64,000 nucleotides of DNA, from NCBI GenBank assembly GCA_031413115.1, contig JANOEH010000179.1, positions 1,163 to 65,162 of the forward strand, given 5' to 3'. Below are positions 54,116-64,000 of this stretch, piece after piece. This stretch comes from Candidatus Eiseniibacteriota bacterium. Lineage in GTDB: Bacteria > Eisenbacteria > RBG-16-71-46 > DASYSL01. Both the position numbers and the translations under genes were made by a program. Every line of letters begins with the position of its first letter. Position 1 is the first letter of the stretch. Below the pieces are notes generated by a model. It was given only the letters and a program-made list of their open reading frames with translations. It did no database searches and was not told the origin of the DNA.

Positions 54116-54772
54116 CTACTTCTTGTCGGGCTCGGCGGAGCGCCTGCGGTCCGCCTCAGCGAAGCCGATCTGATGCCGGCTGTCCCGGCGGAGGGATCCT
54201 GCTTCCCTGGAGAAGGCTCTCCACGCCTCGGCGGTGCCCATGCTGCCCTTGTCGAAGAGCATCCGCTTCATGGCGGGAATGCCGATGTCCCCGGCCTCGT
54301 CGAAGGCCGCGAGGTCGGCGCTGAGGAACACGAACTCCCATGCGTTCCCGTCCGTCTTCGCCTTGATCATCTTCGTGACCTGGTCCCGGCCGAACTCGGC
54401 GCTGGCGTTCTCCTGGCCATCGGTCACGATGGCGACGATCACCTTCGAGGGTCGGTCTGTCTCGGGGAGCTTCCCGATGGCCGCCTCGATGTCATGGATG
54501 CCGCGCCCGACGGCATCCATGAGCGGCGTCGAGCCCCGCGGCACGTAGGTCGAACGATCCAGCGGTGAGACTTCATGGAGCGGCCTGAACCGGTGGATGA
54601 CCTCGTACGGGTCCTGGCCATCGAACTGGACGACGGTCAGCGTCGCCTGCCCCGGCTGGGCCTGCTGGTCGCCCAGGAAGCGGTTGAAGCCCCCGATGAT
54701 GTCGTCGCGAATCTCTTCCATCGAACCGGAGCGATCCAGGATCACGGTCATGTGGGTGTAGTCGGTCTGCAT
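54116..54772 (-). CDS. von Willebrand factor type A (vWA) domain protein.
   Basis: MIDAS motif VILDRSGSM plus downstream T and D residues (VTDGQEN). 218 aa. Confidence 0.75.
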   Translation of the reverse strand: MQTDYTHMTVILDRSGSMEEIRDDIIGGFNRFLGDQQAQPGQATLTVVQFDGQDPYEVIHRFRPLHEVSPLDRSTYVPRGSTPLMDAVGRGIHDIEAAIGKLPETDRPSKVIVAIVTDGQENASAEFGRDQVTKMIKAKTDGNAWEFVFLSADLAAFDEAGDIGIPAMKRMLFDKGSMGTAEAWRAFSREAGSLRRDSRHQIGFAEADRRRSAEPDKK

Positions 54773-55050
54773 GGTGTCTCTCCTTCGGGTGTGAAGGCCC
54801 CCGGTCCGCGGGCGGCGAGTGGAACCGCGGCGCGCGCGAAGAAGGGGGGAGGTCGTTCACGGTGATGATTCTGGTGAAACTCGGGCCGGGATCTGCGTCT
54901 CGAGTCCGGCTCGAGGCGATCCTTCGTCGGCTGGCGGCTTGGCGTGCGGTTGCGGAGTAGTGCAGAGAAGCTTGCGACCCGGTGCGGCGATTGTCAATGA
55001 GTGTTCTTCGGGTTCCGTCGCACTGCCGGCGCCGGGTGGCGCGGCCGGCA

Positions 55051-55836
55051 CTAGCCCGCGCTCGACTCCGCGCCGGTCACTACGCGCCGGCCTTCCTCGA
55101 GCGATGCCCGCGAGAAGTCCGCGTTCATGCGCGCGATGAAGTTGACGGAGATGCCCTTGGGGCAGGCGGCCATGCACTCGAAGTGATTGGTGCAGCCGCC
55201 GAAGCCCTCGGCATCCATCTGACGCACCATGGCCAGCGCCCGCGTATGCCGCTCGGGCTGGCCCTGCGGGAGGAGGCCAAGGTGGGAGACCTTTGCCGCG
55301 GTGAAGAGCATGGCCGAGGCGTTGGGGCAGGCCGCGACACAGGCGCCGCAGCCGATGCAGGTGGCGGCGTCGAACGCGAGGTCCGCGCTCTCCTTGTCGA
55401 CCGGCAGCGAGTTCGCCTCGACGGCGCTGCCGGTGGGGGCGCTGATGAAGCCCCCGGCCGCGATGATGCGGTCGAATGCGCTGCGGTCGACGACCAGGTC
55501 GCGCACGACGGGGAACGCCTTTGCGCGCCACGGCTCGATGGTCAGGGTGTCGCCGTCCTTGAAGCTGCGCATGTGGAGCTGGCAGGCGGTGACGCGATCG
55601 ACGGGGCCGTGCGGGCGGCCGTTGACCACGACGCCGCACGAGCCGCAGATGCCCTCGCGACAGTCGTGGTCGAAGGCGACAGGTACATGGCCTCCGGCCA
55701 TGAGTTGTTCGTTGAGGACATCCAGCATTTCAAGAAATGACATGTGCTCGCTCACGCCATCGAGCGGGTAGGTCTCGAAGCGGCCCGCCGCCTGCGCGGA
55801 CGGCTGGCGCCACACCTTGAGGGTCAGCTTCATCAC
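55051..55836 (-). CDS. sdhB: Succinate dehydrogenase/fumarate reductase iron-sulfur subunit.
   Basis: 2Fe-2S motif [10 protein letters not shown], plus [12 protein letters not shown] (4Fe-4S) and [12 protein letters not shown] (3Fe-4S) clusters. The start overlaps the sdhA stop. Confidence 0.9.
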   Translation of the reverse strand: MMKLTLKVWRQPSAQAAGRFETYPLDGVSEHMSFLEMLDVLNEQLMAGGHVPVAFDHDCREGICGSCGVVVNGRPHGPVDRVTACQLHMRSFKDGDTLTIEPWRAKAFPVVRDLVVDRSAFDRIIAAGGFISAPTGSAVEANSLPVDKESADLAFDAATCIGCGACVAACPNASAMLFTAAKVSHLGLLPQGQPERHTRALAMVRQMDAEGFGGCTNHFECMAACPKGISVNFIARMNADFSRASLEEGRRVVTGAESSAG

Positions 55837-57746
55837 TTGTAGCTCCGGGTGGCGAGTTGAACGTTCTCGAAGACGAGCGGTTCACTCCAGCGAAGCTGAG
55901 GTTTGTCCTGACCGATCCACTCCCACGCCGCGACATGACAGAAGTTGTCATCATCACGCCTGGCTTCACCGTCCTCGGTCTGGAACTCTTCCCTGAAGTG
56001 TCCGCCGCACGACTCGCGGCGCTCGAGGGCGTCGCGGCACATGAGCTCGGCCAGCTCGAAGAAGTCGGCGACCCGGCCCGCGTGTTCCAGGGCCTTGTTC
56101 AGCCCGTCGGCCCTGCCTGGCAGCGCGAGGTTGGTCCAGAACTCGGCTTTGAGCGTGGGGATGCGCGTGATGGCCTCCTTGAGGCCTGAATCATTGCGCG
56201 CCATGCCGCACTTGTCCCACATCAGCTTGCCGAGCTCGCGGTGAAACGACGCGGGCGTGCGCTTGCCCTTGATCGACAGCAGCTTCGCGACCTGCGCCTC
56301 GACTGCGGCCACGGTGGCGCGCACCTCGGCGTGGTCGGTCGGTGGGGCCCCGGGCTTCACGCCGGCGAGATAGTTGCCGATCGTGTACGGAATCACGAAG
56401 TAGCCATCGGCCAGGCCCTGCATCAGGGCCGACGCCCCGAGCCGATTCGCGCCGTGATCGGAGAAGTTCGCCTCGCCCAGCACGAAGAGGCCGGGAATGG
56501 TCGACATCAGGTCGTAGTCCACCCACAGCCCGCCCATCGTGTAATGAACGGCGGGGTAGATGCGCATGGGTGCCTTGTATGGATTCTCGCCCGTGATCTG
56601 CGCATACATGTCGAACAGATTGCCGTACTTGTCGCGCACGGCCTGCTCGCCGAGGCGGGCGATCGCATCGGCGAAGTCGAGGTACACGCCCTGGCCGCCC
56701 GGGCCGACACCGCGGCCCTCGTCGCACACCTGCTTGGCGGCGCGCGAGGCAATGTCGCGCGGCGCCAGGTTGCCGAAACTCGGGTACTTGCGTTCGAGGT
56801 AGTAGTCGCGCTCGGCTTCGGGAACCAGGTGCGGCGCGCGGTCGTCGCCGGCGCGCAGGGGCACCCAGATGCGGCCATCGTTACGCAGCGACTCGGACAT
56901 CAGCGTGAGCTTCGACTGGTAGTCGCCGGACACCGGGATGCAGGTGGGGTGGATCTGCGTGAAGCACGGGTTGGCGAACGCCGCCCCGCGACGGTGCGCC
57001 CGCCAGATGGCGCTGGTGTTGCAGCCCTTGGCGTTGGTCGACAGGTAGAACACGTTGCTGTAGCCGCCCGTTGCGAGGCAGACGACGTCGGCGAAGTGCG
57101 TCTCGATCTCGCCCGTGGTCAGGTCGCGGACGACGATGCCGCGGGCGCGCCCGTCGATGACGATCAGGTCGAGCATCTCGTGCCGCGAGTGCATGCTCAC
57201 CTTGCCCGCGCCGATCTGCCGCTCGAGCGCCTGGTAGGCGCCGAGCAGAAGTTGCTGGCCGGTCTGGCCGCGGGCATAGAACGTGCGCGACACCTGCGCG
57301 CCGCCGAAGCTCCGGTTGTCGAGCAGGCCGCCGTACTCGCGGGCAAACGGCACGCCCTGGGCGACGCACTGGTCGATGATGCGCGCCGAGATCTCGGCGA
57401 GACGGTGGACGTTCGCCTCGCGGGCGCGGAAGTCGCCACCCTTGATGGTGTCGTAGAACAGGCGGTGCACGCTGTCGCCGTCGTTACGGTAGTTCTTCGC
57501 CGCGTTGATCCCGCCCTGGGCCGCGATCGAGTGGGCGCGGCGCGGGCTGTCCTGGAAGCAGAACGCGGCCACCTCGTAGCCGAGCTCGGCCAGCGAGGCC
57601 GCACCCGATGCCCCGGCGAGGCCGGTGCCCACCATGATCACCTTGTACTTCCGCTTGTTCGCCGGGCTGACCAGCTTGACGGTGAAGCGGCGGGTCTCCC
57701 ACTTCTCCTCGAGCGGTCCAGCGGGAATGTTCGAACGGAGTTCCAT
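55833..57746 (-). CDS. sdhA: Succinate dehydrogenase/fumarate reductase flavoprotein subunit.
   Basis: 637 aa from the ATG at 57746. FAD-binding [14 protein letters not shown]. Covalent-FAD His region [14 protein letters not shown]. Catalytic HPT/RLGA...motifs. Confidence 0.95.
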   Translation of the reverse strand: MELRSNIPAGPLEEKWETRRFTVKLVSPANKRKYKVIMVGTGLAGASGAASLAELGYEVAAFCFQDSPRRAHSIAAQGGINAAKNYRNDGDSVHRLFYDTIKGGDFRAREANVHRLAEISARIIDQCVAQGVPFAREYGGLLDNRSFGGAQVSRTFYARGQTGQQLLLGAYQALERQIGAGKVSMHSRHEMLDLIVIDGRARGIVVRDLTTGEIETHFADVVCLATGGYSNVFYLSTNAKGCNTSAIWRAHRRGAAFANPCFTQIHPTCIPVSGDYQSKLTLMSESLRNDGRIWVPLRAGDDRAPHLVPEAERDYYLERKYPSFGNLAPRDIASRAAKQVCDEGRGVGPGGQGVYLDFADAIARLGEQAVRDKYGNLFDMYAQITGENPYKAPMRIYPAVHYTMGGLWVDYDLMSTIPGLFVLGEANFSDHGANRLGASALMQGLADGYFVIPYTIGNYLAGVKPGAPPTDHAEVRATVAAVEAQVAKLLSIKGKRTPASFHRELGKLMWDKCGMARNDSGLKEAITRIPTLKAEFWTNLALPGRADGLNKALEHAGRVADFFELAELMCRDALERRESCGGHFREEFQTEDGEARRDDDNFCHVAAWEWIGQDKPQLRWSEPLVFENVQLATRSYK

Positions 57747-57763
57747 GCGCGCAGGCCTCCCGC

Positions 57764-58423
57764 TCAGCGGACCAGTCCGAACAGGACCGATAGGGGGAAC
57801 GACACGTTGCCGAGCACGATGATGGTCGCAAACGCAGTTGCGCCGGATTGCGCGGCCGCGAGATGGCGCGGGTGCGACACGCCCAGGCTCTGGAACAGGC
57901 TCCACACGCCATGCCGCAGATGGAGTCCGAGCAGGACCATCGAGAGCACGTAGAACATGGCCACCGGCCAAGACGAGAAGCCGGTCACGACGTTGTGATA
58001 CACGTCGCCCGCGACGAAGTCGGGATGCGCTGCGCCAGTGGTGAAGTGCATCAGGTGGTACACGATGAACGACAACACGATCGCCCCGCTCCAGCGCATC
58101 GTGCGCGAGGCGTAGGTCGAGCGCTTCGGCTTCCACATGCGGTAGCGCACGGGGCGCGCGGCGAGCTCTTCGCGGGCGAGCGACACCGCGCTGCCGATGT
58201 GCAGCGCGCCGGCGCCCAGGAGGACGGCGCGGGCGGCCCAAATGCCCCAGCCGTGGAGGAACTCGTGGAGGAAGCGCCCGTACGCGTTGATCGCCTCGGG
58301 GCCCTGGTACAGCAGCAGGTTCCCGAGCATGTGCACGAAGACGAAGCCGACGAGGACGAGGCCGCTGACGGCCATGACGACCTTGCGGCCGATCGTCGAC
58401 GACAGGAATGCCGGATGCGGCAT
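57764..58423 (-). CDS. sdhC: Succinate dehydrogenase cytochrome b subunit (b558-type, single 5-TM anchor as in type B SQR).
   Basis: 219 aa, five TM helices with conserved His residues ([23 protein letters not shown]). Immediately upstream of sdhA. Confidence 0.8.
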   Translation of the reverse strand: MPHPAFLSSTIGRKVVMAVSGLVLVGFVFVHMLGNLLLYQGPEAINAYGRFLHEFLHGWGIWAARAVLLGAGALHIGSAVSLAREELAARPVRYRMWKPKRSTYASRTMRWSGAIVLSFIVYHLMHFTTGAAHPDFVAGDVYHNVVTGFSSWPVAMFYVLSMVLLGLHLRHGVWSLFQSLGVSHPRHLAAAQSGATAFATIIVLGNVSFPLSVLFGLVR

Positions 58424-58562
58424 CGTAGGGGCGTCCTCCGGGGCGAACCCGAGTTGTGCACGGGAAGTCGGGCCTGCCCGACATCCAACGGATAGCACGA
58501 AATCCGCCGCCGGACAAGGCGGGGACCTTGAGACCGGGGACCGGGCCGCGTACGGTAGCGAT

Positions 58563-60929
58563 GTGACCACGCCCGCCCCGCAGCCTATCGCCACCCTTCC
58601 AACCTCCGACTGTGCCGCGCTCGTCCGCGGCGAGCACGCCGATCCGTTCGCCGTGCTCGGGCCGCACACCGTCGACCGCGACGGTCGCGTCGTGATTGCG
58701 GTGCGGGTGCTCGCCCCCGGCGCCGACGCCGTGCGGGTGCGCGCCGGCCGGCGCACGATCGCGGCGACGCAGATCGACGTGGCCGGGCTCTTCGAGGCGA
58801 TCCTCGACCCGGCGGCCTCGGTCCCGATCGACATGGCCACGGGGCGCGCGCGCTACCGGTTGGAAGTCGTGGCGGCCGACGGCTCGACCACGCTCGTCGA
58901 CGATCCCTATCGGCACGGGCCGGCGATCGCCGACGAGGAACTCGCTCGCTTCGTCACCGGGGAGCACCTGGGTGTCGGCGAGTTGCTGGGCGCGCATGCC
59001 GTCACTCACCAGAAACTCAAAGGCGTCCGCTTCGCCGTGTGGGCTCCGGACGCGCGTCGCGTCAGCGTCGTCGGCGGCCTGAACCACTGGAACGGCATCG
59101 CCCACCCGATGCGGCCGCGCGGCTCGACCGGCGTGTGGGAGATTTTCCTTCCCGGGCTGGCGCCCGGGGAAATGTACAAGTACGAGATTCAGCCGCGCAG
59201 CGGCAAGCCGTTCATGAAGACCGACCCTGCCGGAGGCTTCACCGAGGTTCGCCCGGGCACGGCGTCGATCGTGGTCGATGACGTGCGCGTGCGGGCGCCC
59301 TCATCCGGGCAGGCGAGGGGCGAGTCACGCAGCATCGTCGCGGCGCCGGGCAGCGCGGGCACCGGCCTCGATCGCCCGATCTCGATCTACGAGGTCCACG
59401 TCGGTTCGTGGCGTCGCGAGAGCGATCCCGTCTCGCCGCATGGGCGCTGGCTGACGTGGAACGAGCTCGCCGATCGACTCGTTCCGTACGCAGCCGCGAT
59501 GGGCTTCACGCACCTCGAGCTCATGCCGATCACCGAGCACCCGTACGACGGGTCCTGGGGCTACCAGTCGACCGGCTACTTCGCCCCGACCTCGCGACAT
59601 GGGACGCCGGCCGAGTTCGCGCGCTTCGTCGCAGCGGCGCGCAGCGCAGGGATTGGCATCCTGCTCGACTGGGTGCCCGCGCACTTCCCGCGCGACGCGG
59701 CTGGGCTGGCGCGCTTCGACGGCACGCCGTTGTATGAGCATCCGGATCCGCGCCGCGGCACGCAGCCCGACTGGGGCACGCTCGTGTTCCACTGGGGACG
59801 GCGCGAGGTCTCGGACTTCCTGCTGTCGAGCGCGCTGCACTGGCTCGATCGCTTCGGGCTGGACGGCCTGCGCGTCGATGCGGTCGCCTCGATGCTCTAC
59901 CTCGACTATTCGCGCAAGGAGGGCGAGTGGTTGCCCAACCGCTTCGGCGGGCGCGAGAACCTGGAGGCGATCGACTTCCTGCGCCGCCTCAACCAGGTCG
60001 TGCACGAACGGCACCCGCGTGCGCTCATGTGCGCCGAAGAGTCGACCGCCTGGCCGCACGTCACGCGCCCGGCGAGCGAGGGTGGCCTCGGCTTCGACCT
60101 CAAGTGGAACATGGGCTGGATGCACGACATGCTGGCCTACTTCGAGCAGGATCCGATCCATCGCCGCTTTCATCACGGCAAGCTCACGTTCGTGATGTAC
60201 TACGCCTTCAGCGAGCGCTTTCTGCTGCCTCTTTCGCACGACGAAGTCGTGCATCTGAAGCGATCGCTGTTGGCGAAGATGCCGGGCGACCCTGGTCAGC
60301 GCTTCGCACACCTGCGTGCGCTCTATGCGACCCAGTGGTCGCACCCCGGCAAGAAGCTGCTGTTCATGGGCGGCGAGATCGCGCAGTGGGCGGAGTGGAA
60401 CTTCGCGACGCAACTCGACTGGGGGCTGCTCGACGATCCCGAGGAGGGAGTCTTTCATCGCGGAGTAGGCCTGCTGGTCCGCGACCTGAACGCGCTGTAC
60501 CGGGACGAGCCCGCGTTGCACGGACAGGATCACGCGTTGCAGGGCTTTGAGTGGATCGACTTCCAGGATGACGCGTCGAGCATCGTTTCGTATCGACGGA
60601 TCGCGAGCGATCCCGAGGACTTTCTGGTGATCGTCGCCAACTACACTCCGGTGACCCGTCGCGGTTACCGGATTGGCGTCCCCGCGGCTGCGGGCTACGC
60701 CGAGATCCTCAACACCGACGCGACGAAGTACGGTGGGGGCGGCATCGCGAATGCCGCCGTCGTGACCGCGGATCCCGTGCCCGCGCACGGCCGGGCGCAT
60801 TCGATCGAATTGACGCTTCCCCCGCTGTCGCTGCTGTTCCTGAGGCCGGTGCACCCGGATCGGACTGGGCCGCACCGGCCCCGAGTGGTGCTTGCGAAAC
60901 CGGTCGCCAATCGTCGGAGGACTTCATGA
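58563..60929 (+). CDS. glgB: 1,4-alpha-glucan branching enzyme.
   Basis: GH13 branching-enzyme blocks ([77 protein letters not shown]). GTG start chosen to avoid overlap with sdhC. Confidence 0.9.
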   Translation: MTTPAPQPIATLPTSDCAALVRGEHADPFAVLGPHTVDRDGRVVIAVRVLAPGADAVRVRAGRRTIAATQIDVAGLFEAILDPAASVPIDMATGRARYRLEVVAADGSTTLVDDPYRHGPAIADEELARFVTGEHLGVGELLGAHAVTHQKLKGVRFAVWAPDARRVSVVGGLNHWNGIAHPMRPRGSTGVWEIFLPGLAPGEMYKYEIQPRSGKPFMKTDPAGGFTEVRPGTASIVVDDVRVRAPSSGQARGESRSIVAAPGSAGTGLDRPISIYEVHVGSWRRESDPVSPHGRWLTWNELADRLVPYAAAMGFTHLELMPITEHPYDGSWGYQSTGYFAPTSRHGTPAEFARFVAAARSAGIGILLDWVPAHFPRDAAGLARFDGTPLYEHPDPRRGTQPDWGTLVFHWGRREVSDFLLSSALHWLDRFGLDGLRVDAVASMLYLDYSRKEGEWLPNRFGGRENLEAIDFLRRLNQVVHERHPRALMCAEESTAWPHVTRPASEGGLGFDLKWNMGWMHDMLAYFEQDPIHRRFHHGKLTFVMYYAFSERFLLPLSHDEVVHLKRSLLAKMPGDPGQRFAHLRALYATQWSHPGKKLLFMGGEIAQWAEWNFATQLDWGLLDDPEEGVFHRGVGLLVRDLNALYRDEPALHGQDHALQGFEWIDFQDDASSIVSYRRIASDPEDFLVIVANYTPVTRRGYRIGVPAAAGYAEILNTDATKYGGGGIANAAVVTADPVPAHGRAHSIELTLPPLSLLFLRPVHPDRTGPHRPRVVLAKPVANRRRTS

Positions 60930-61507
60930 ATCTTCACCGGACTCTCTTGTGGGCTGGCCTCCTCGCCGGTGCAGTGTCTGCCTTCGGCTGCTCGACGGGC
61001 TACGGCGGCAAGCCGCCGGCGGCCGATGCGGGAGCAACCGCTGCCGCACCGGCTCCGGTTGCGTTCGCCACCGTGCAGCTGTCGCCCACGCAGGGCAACT
61101 CCGCGACCGGCACGGTGACGTTCGCCGAGATGAAAGATGGCGCCGTGCACGTGGTTGCGGATCTCACCGGGCTCACGCCCGGGCAACAGCATGCGATGCA
61201 CGTCCACGAGAAAGGCGACTGCAGCGCACCGGATGCGACGAGCGCCGGCAGCCACTACAACCCCGAACAGCACGTCCATGGCCTCCCGCCGGCCGATCCG
61301 CGCCACGCCGGCGACCTGGGGAACGTGACGGCCGACGCGAAAGGCAACGCGCACTACGAGATCACGGTGACCAACATCACGGTCAAGGGCGCGAAGAACC
61401 CGATCGACGGCCTGGCCGTGATCGTGCACGCCAAGCCCGACGACGGCGGCCAGCCGGTGGGCAACGCCGGCGGCCGGGTCGCCTGCGGGTTGATCGTCAC
61501 GCGCTGA
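60926..61507 (+). CDS. sodC: Cu/Zn superoxide dismutase, lipoprotein form.
   Basis: GGAGG RBS. Lipobox AVSAFGC. Cu/Zn ligand blocks HAMHVHEKGDC, AGSHYNP, HAGDLGN, GGRVACGLI. The ATG overlaps the glgB stop. Confidence 0.9.
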   Translation: MNLHRTLLWAGLLAGAVSAFGCSTGYGGKPPAADAGATAAAPAPVAFATVQLSPTQGNSATGTVTFAEMKDGAVHVVADLTGLTPGQQHAMHVHEKGDCSAPDATSAGSHYNPEQHVHGLPPADPRHAGDLGNVTADAKGNAHYEITVTNITVKGAKNPIDGLAVIVHAKPDDGGQPVGNAGGRVACGLIVTR

Positions 61508-61513
61508 CGCTGA

Positions 61514-61915
61514 CTAGGGGGTCTTCTTCTCGAGGTCGAGTGCTGCCGAGTTGATGCAGTACCGCATGCGCGTGGGCATCGGGCCATCGTCGAACAGGTG
61601 GCCCAGATGCGAGTCGCAGCTGGCGCAACGCACCTCGGTACGCACCATGCCGTGGGTGCGGTCGGTGACCTCCTTGATGCGATCACCCGCGGCGGCGCGC
61701 CAGAAGCTGGGCCAGCCGCTACCCGAGTCGAACTTTTCGTCAGAGCGGAACAACTCGACGTTGCAGACGACGCAGCGATAGATCCCATCGTCGTGCGTAT
61801 TCCAGTATTTGCCGCTGAACGGGGCTTCGGTCGCGCTGCAGCGCGTCACCTGATACTGATCGGCGGTCAAGCGGGCTTTAAGTTCGTCGTCGTCGGGCTT
61901 CGTGGCGTCGGCCAT
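61514..61915 (-). CDS. msrB: Peptide-methionine (R)-S-oxide reductase.
   Basis: Two CxxC zinc motifs (YRCVVCNVELF, RCASCDSHLGHLF) and catalytic Cys in RYCINSAAL. 133 aa. Confidence 0.9.
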   Translation of the reverse strand: MADATKPDDDELKARLTADQYQVTRCSATEAPFSGKYWNTHDDGIYRCVVCNVELFRSDEKFDSGSGWPSFWRAAAGDRIKEVTDRTHGMVRTEVRCASCDSHLGHLFDDGPMPTRMRYCINSAALDLEKKTP

Positions 61916-62019
61916 GGCAGTTCTCCAGTTCGGTCGTTCGTTTCCATGCGGCGCTTTCAGCGTCGCCGATTCTACCCGATCGCGCTCCGGTTCAATGGCG
62001 CGAATCTCCGGAGGTCTGC

Positions 62020-63087
62020 GTGAAGAACATCCTTGTCCTGGGCGGTGGCCAGCAGGGCCGCGTGCTTGCCGCCGACCTCGCGCGCTCGCTGCCGGCGGCC
62101 GCGATCACGGTCGCCGACATCCGCGAGCCGGAGCTTCCGGCCGTACCCAACCTGCGCTGGCTGGAGGCCGACCTCTCGTCGCCGCAGACCATCGCGCGCC
62201 TGTTGCACGAATACGACCTGGGCGTTGGCGCGCTGCCGTCGCGCTTTGGTTACGGCGCGATGCAGGCGGCGATCGATGCAAAACGGCCACTGGTCGACGT
62301 GTCCTTCTCGGCCGAGGACCCGCTCACGCTCGACGGCGCCGCCGCGCGGGCCGGGATCGCGATCGTGCCCGACTGTGGCCTTGCGCCCGGGCTCTCGCAC
62401 CTGCTGGTCGGGGACGCCATCGGGCGTCACGGAGTACCCGTGGAACTCGAGATCCTGGTCGGTGGTGTCGCCCAGGATCGGTTACGTCCGTACGGCTATG
62501 TCGTGACCTGGTCGATCGACGACCTGCTCGAGGAGTACACCCGCCCGGCCCGCTGGGTGCGCGATGGGGAGCACGTCACCGAGCCGGTGCTCGACCGGAT
62601 CGAGGAATACGATGTGCCCGGCGTCGGGCCGATGGAGGCGTTCGTCTCGGACGGCCTGCGCACGCTGCTCTCGACCGCGTCAGGCGTGCGCACGATGGCC
62701 GAGAAGACGCTGCGCTGGCCGGGGCACGTCGCCGCGATCCGGCCACTGCTCGCGGCGGGCGCGCTGGTCGAGACCTTCCGCCGCGAGTGCGTCGTCGATC
62801 CACCCGCCGACTTCGTCGCCCTGGTGGTCGAAGTGAAATGGAAGAGCGGGCGCACGCTCAAAAGCGTGATGACCGATCGGTACGATCCGGCGACCGGCCT
62901 GACCGCGATGGCGCGCACCACGGCATTCACCACGGCTGTGACCGCGCAGCTGGCCGCCGAGGGTGGACTCCGCGGCGCCGGCGTCCTGCCGCTCGAGCGC
63001 GTCGGGCTCGATCCGGACGCGGCGCGGTTCATTCTCGGGGAGATGTCGGCGCGCGGCGTGGTGTTCCGTCAGGCCGAGGCTTCGTAG
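62020..63087 (+). CDS. Saccharopine dehydrogenase-family NAD(P)-binding protein.
   Basis: GGAGG RBS and GTG start. Rossmann motif MKNILVLGGGQQG. C-terminal saccharopine-DH-like domain. Confidence 0.75.
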   Translation: MKNILVLGGGQQGRVLAADLARSLPAAAITVADIREPELPAVPNLRWLEADLSSPQTIARLLHEYDLGVGALPSRFGYGAMQAAIDAKRPLVDVSFSAEDPLTLDGAAARAGIAIVPDCGLAPGLSHLLVGDAIGRHGVPVELEILVGGVAQDRLRPYGYVVTWSIDDLLEEYTRPARWVRDGEHVTEPVLDRIEEYDVPGVGPMEAFVSDGLRTLLSTASGVRTMAEKTLRWPGHVAAIRPLLAAGALVETFRRECVVDPPADFVALVVEVKWKSGRTLKSVMTDRYDPATGLTAMARTTAFTTAVTAQLAAEGGLRGAGVLPLERVGLDPDAARFILGEMSARGVVFRQAEAS

Positions 63088-64000
63088 GAAGAGCCTGGCC
63101 CGCAAGAGCCGGACCGAGGACCGCACTCTCGTTCGCCTGGTTGCGATCCGGGACCCGCTTCCGGATCATGAATCCCGCCCCGAACGCGCGCTCGGCCTCG
63201 TACTGATTGTGCGTCCGGCAGCGCAACCGCAGGTTCTCGACCGTTGCGAGGCCGCCGCGCGTTACCGGCTCGATGTGATCGAACTCGATAAAGCTCCGCG
63301 AGCGACAGCGCTGCAGGGTCTCGCCGAGGAAGGTGCAGCGTCCCTGGTCACGCGCCCAGACCGCGCGACGCACGGCTGCCGGGATGAAACGCGTGGGGGC
63401 AGCAGCGCGCGGTTTCCGTGCCCGGGCTTGCGGCCGGGAGGTCGCCGCGAATTTTCGCTTCTCGACCTGGATGATCAACGCGTCGAGGGCGCGGTCCAAT
63501 ACCTGGGCCACGTCGCCCGACGGAATCGAGTGACTGAGAAGGGTCTGGAGATAGTGGAGCTTCTCCCGGGTCTTCGCCCCGATCGAGACCTGCAGGAGGT
63601 AGCGCGGCAGAGCTCCGGCCGGCGCGGGTGCGACGGCGATGGCGGACGTTTCCGGGAGCGGAGCGGCGAAGCCGCTCATGCCCGGCAGGGGCGCTTCAAC
63701 TGGTTCCGGAACCAGTTGAGAAGCATTCTCGAGCCCGCCTTCAAAGATTTGTGCAGGAATGAGTTGCGATCCGAAGTGCGATCCAGCCACGGCCCGGGAT
63801 GCCGCCTGGACGAGCGGATCGGGGAATCGCCTCGCGAGCATCGCCTCGAGCTCCGTCTTGCCGAGACCGACCGCGCTTGCCAGCAGTTCCTCGGCGTTGC
63901 CCGGGGTGAGATGCGGGGCGAGGAACTTGATCGCGGTCAGGTGGAGCCGGCCCTCGGCCACGAGCTCGAACAGGGCCGGAAACTTCAGCGCGGCCCGCGC
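63029..64000 (-). CDS. HNH-endonuclease-domain protein with an N-terminal DUF222-like region; 5' end beyond the window.
   Basis: HNH signature CTFLGETLQRCRSRSFIEFDHIEPVTRGGLATVENLRLRCRTHN. The ORF remains open to the window end. Confidence 0.65.
   Translation of the reverse strand, partial: ARAALKFPALFELVAEGRLHLTAIKFLAPHLTPGNAEELLASAVGLGKTELEAMLARRFPDPLVQAASRAVAGSHFGSQLIPAQIFEGGLENASQLVPEPVEAPLPGMSGFAAPLPETSAIAVAPAPAGALPRYLLQVSIGAKTREKLHYLQTLLSHSIPSGDVAQVLDRALDALIIQVEKRKFAATSRPQARARKPRAAAPTRFIPAAVRRAVWARDQGRCTFLGETLQRCRSRSFIEFDHIEPVTRGGLATVENLRLRCRTHNQYEAERAFGAGFMIRKRVPDRNQANESAVLGPALAGQALPTKPRPDGTPRRAPTSPRE

Noticed and set aside
58197-58562. Upstream extension of the glgB ORF
   Set aside because: It would overlap sdhC (opposite strand, divergent) by more than 200 nt. 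The branching-enzyme homology begins near the GTG at 58563.
57747-59105. N-terminal 450 codons of the 1090-aa ORF containing sdhA
   Set aside because: This part runs on the strand opposite the glgB start and reads through the sdhC coding region out of frame. The genuine sdhA starts at the internal ATG at 57746, immediately downstream of the sdhC stop.

Overview
The window is 64 kb of high-GC DNA (about 70% GC), so both strands carry many long spurious shadow ORFs. I called genes only where the translated protein showed recognisable motifs or domain architecture, or clear signal-peptide/TM features together with a ribosome-binding site.

Taxon: the content suggests a diderm, possibly Gemmatimonadota-like, but this is inference only. 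The supporting genes are numerous small outer-membrane beta-barrel proteins, an Omp85/BamA-family gene, a T9SS-type C-terminal sorting domain, a Gmad2-type Ig-like lipoprotein, a B. subtilis-type sdhCAB operon, a lipoprotein Cu/Zn superoxide dismutase and a DsbD with a c-type cytochrome.

Core genes recognised with good confidence, in map order: aconitase-family hydratase (5' partial), efp, YceI, rho, sdhC-sdhA-sdhB, glgB, sodC, msrB and hup. The window also holds an MdtABC-like RND efflux operon (adaptor plus two permeases) and a cytochrome c-dsbD-methyltransferase operon.

Observations worth a second look:
- The Rho factor has a roughly 240-residue Arg/Gly/Pro-rich N-terminus and no detectable OB-fold primary RNA-binding domain.
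- An HEXXH zinc metallopeptidase is paired with a Ddl-like ATP-grasp ligase.
- Next to that pair sit two tandem paralogous genes of unknown family, each protein built from an internal two-fold repeat.
- A 122-residue ORF keeps only arylsulfatase-like N- and C-terminal segments.
- A GT4 glycosyltransferase is split by a frameshift, and a GNAT C-terminal remnant sits after a DUF202 gene.
- Several small gene sets are translationally coupled by 4-nt overlaps.
- A perfect 13-bp bidirectional terminator hairpin follows efp.

No rRNA, tRNA, CRISPR array, transposase or integrase was found.
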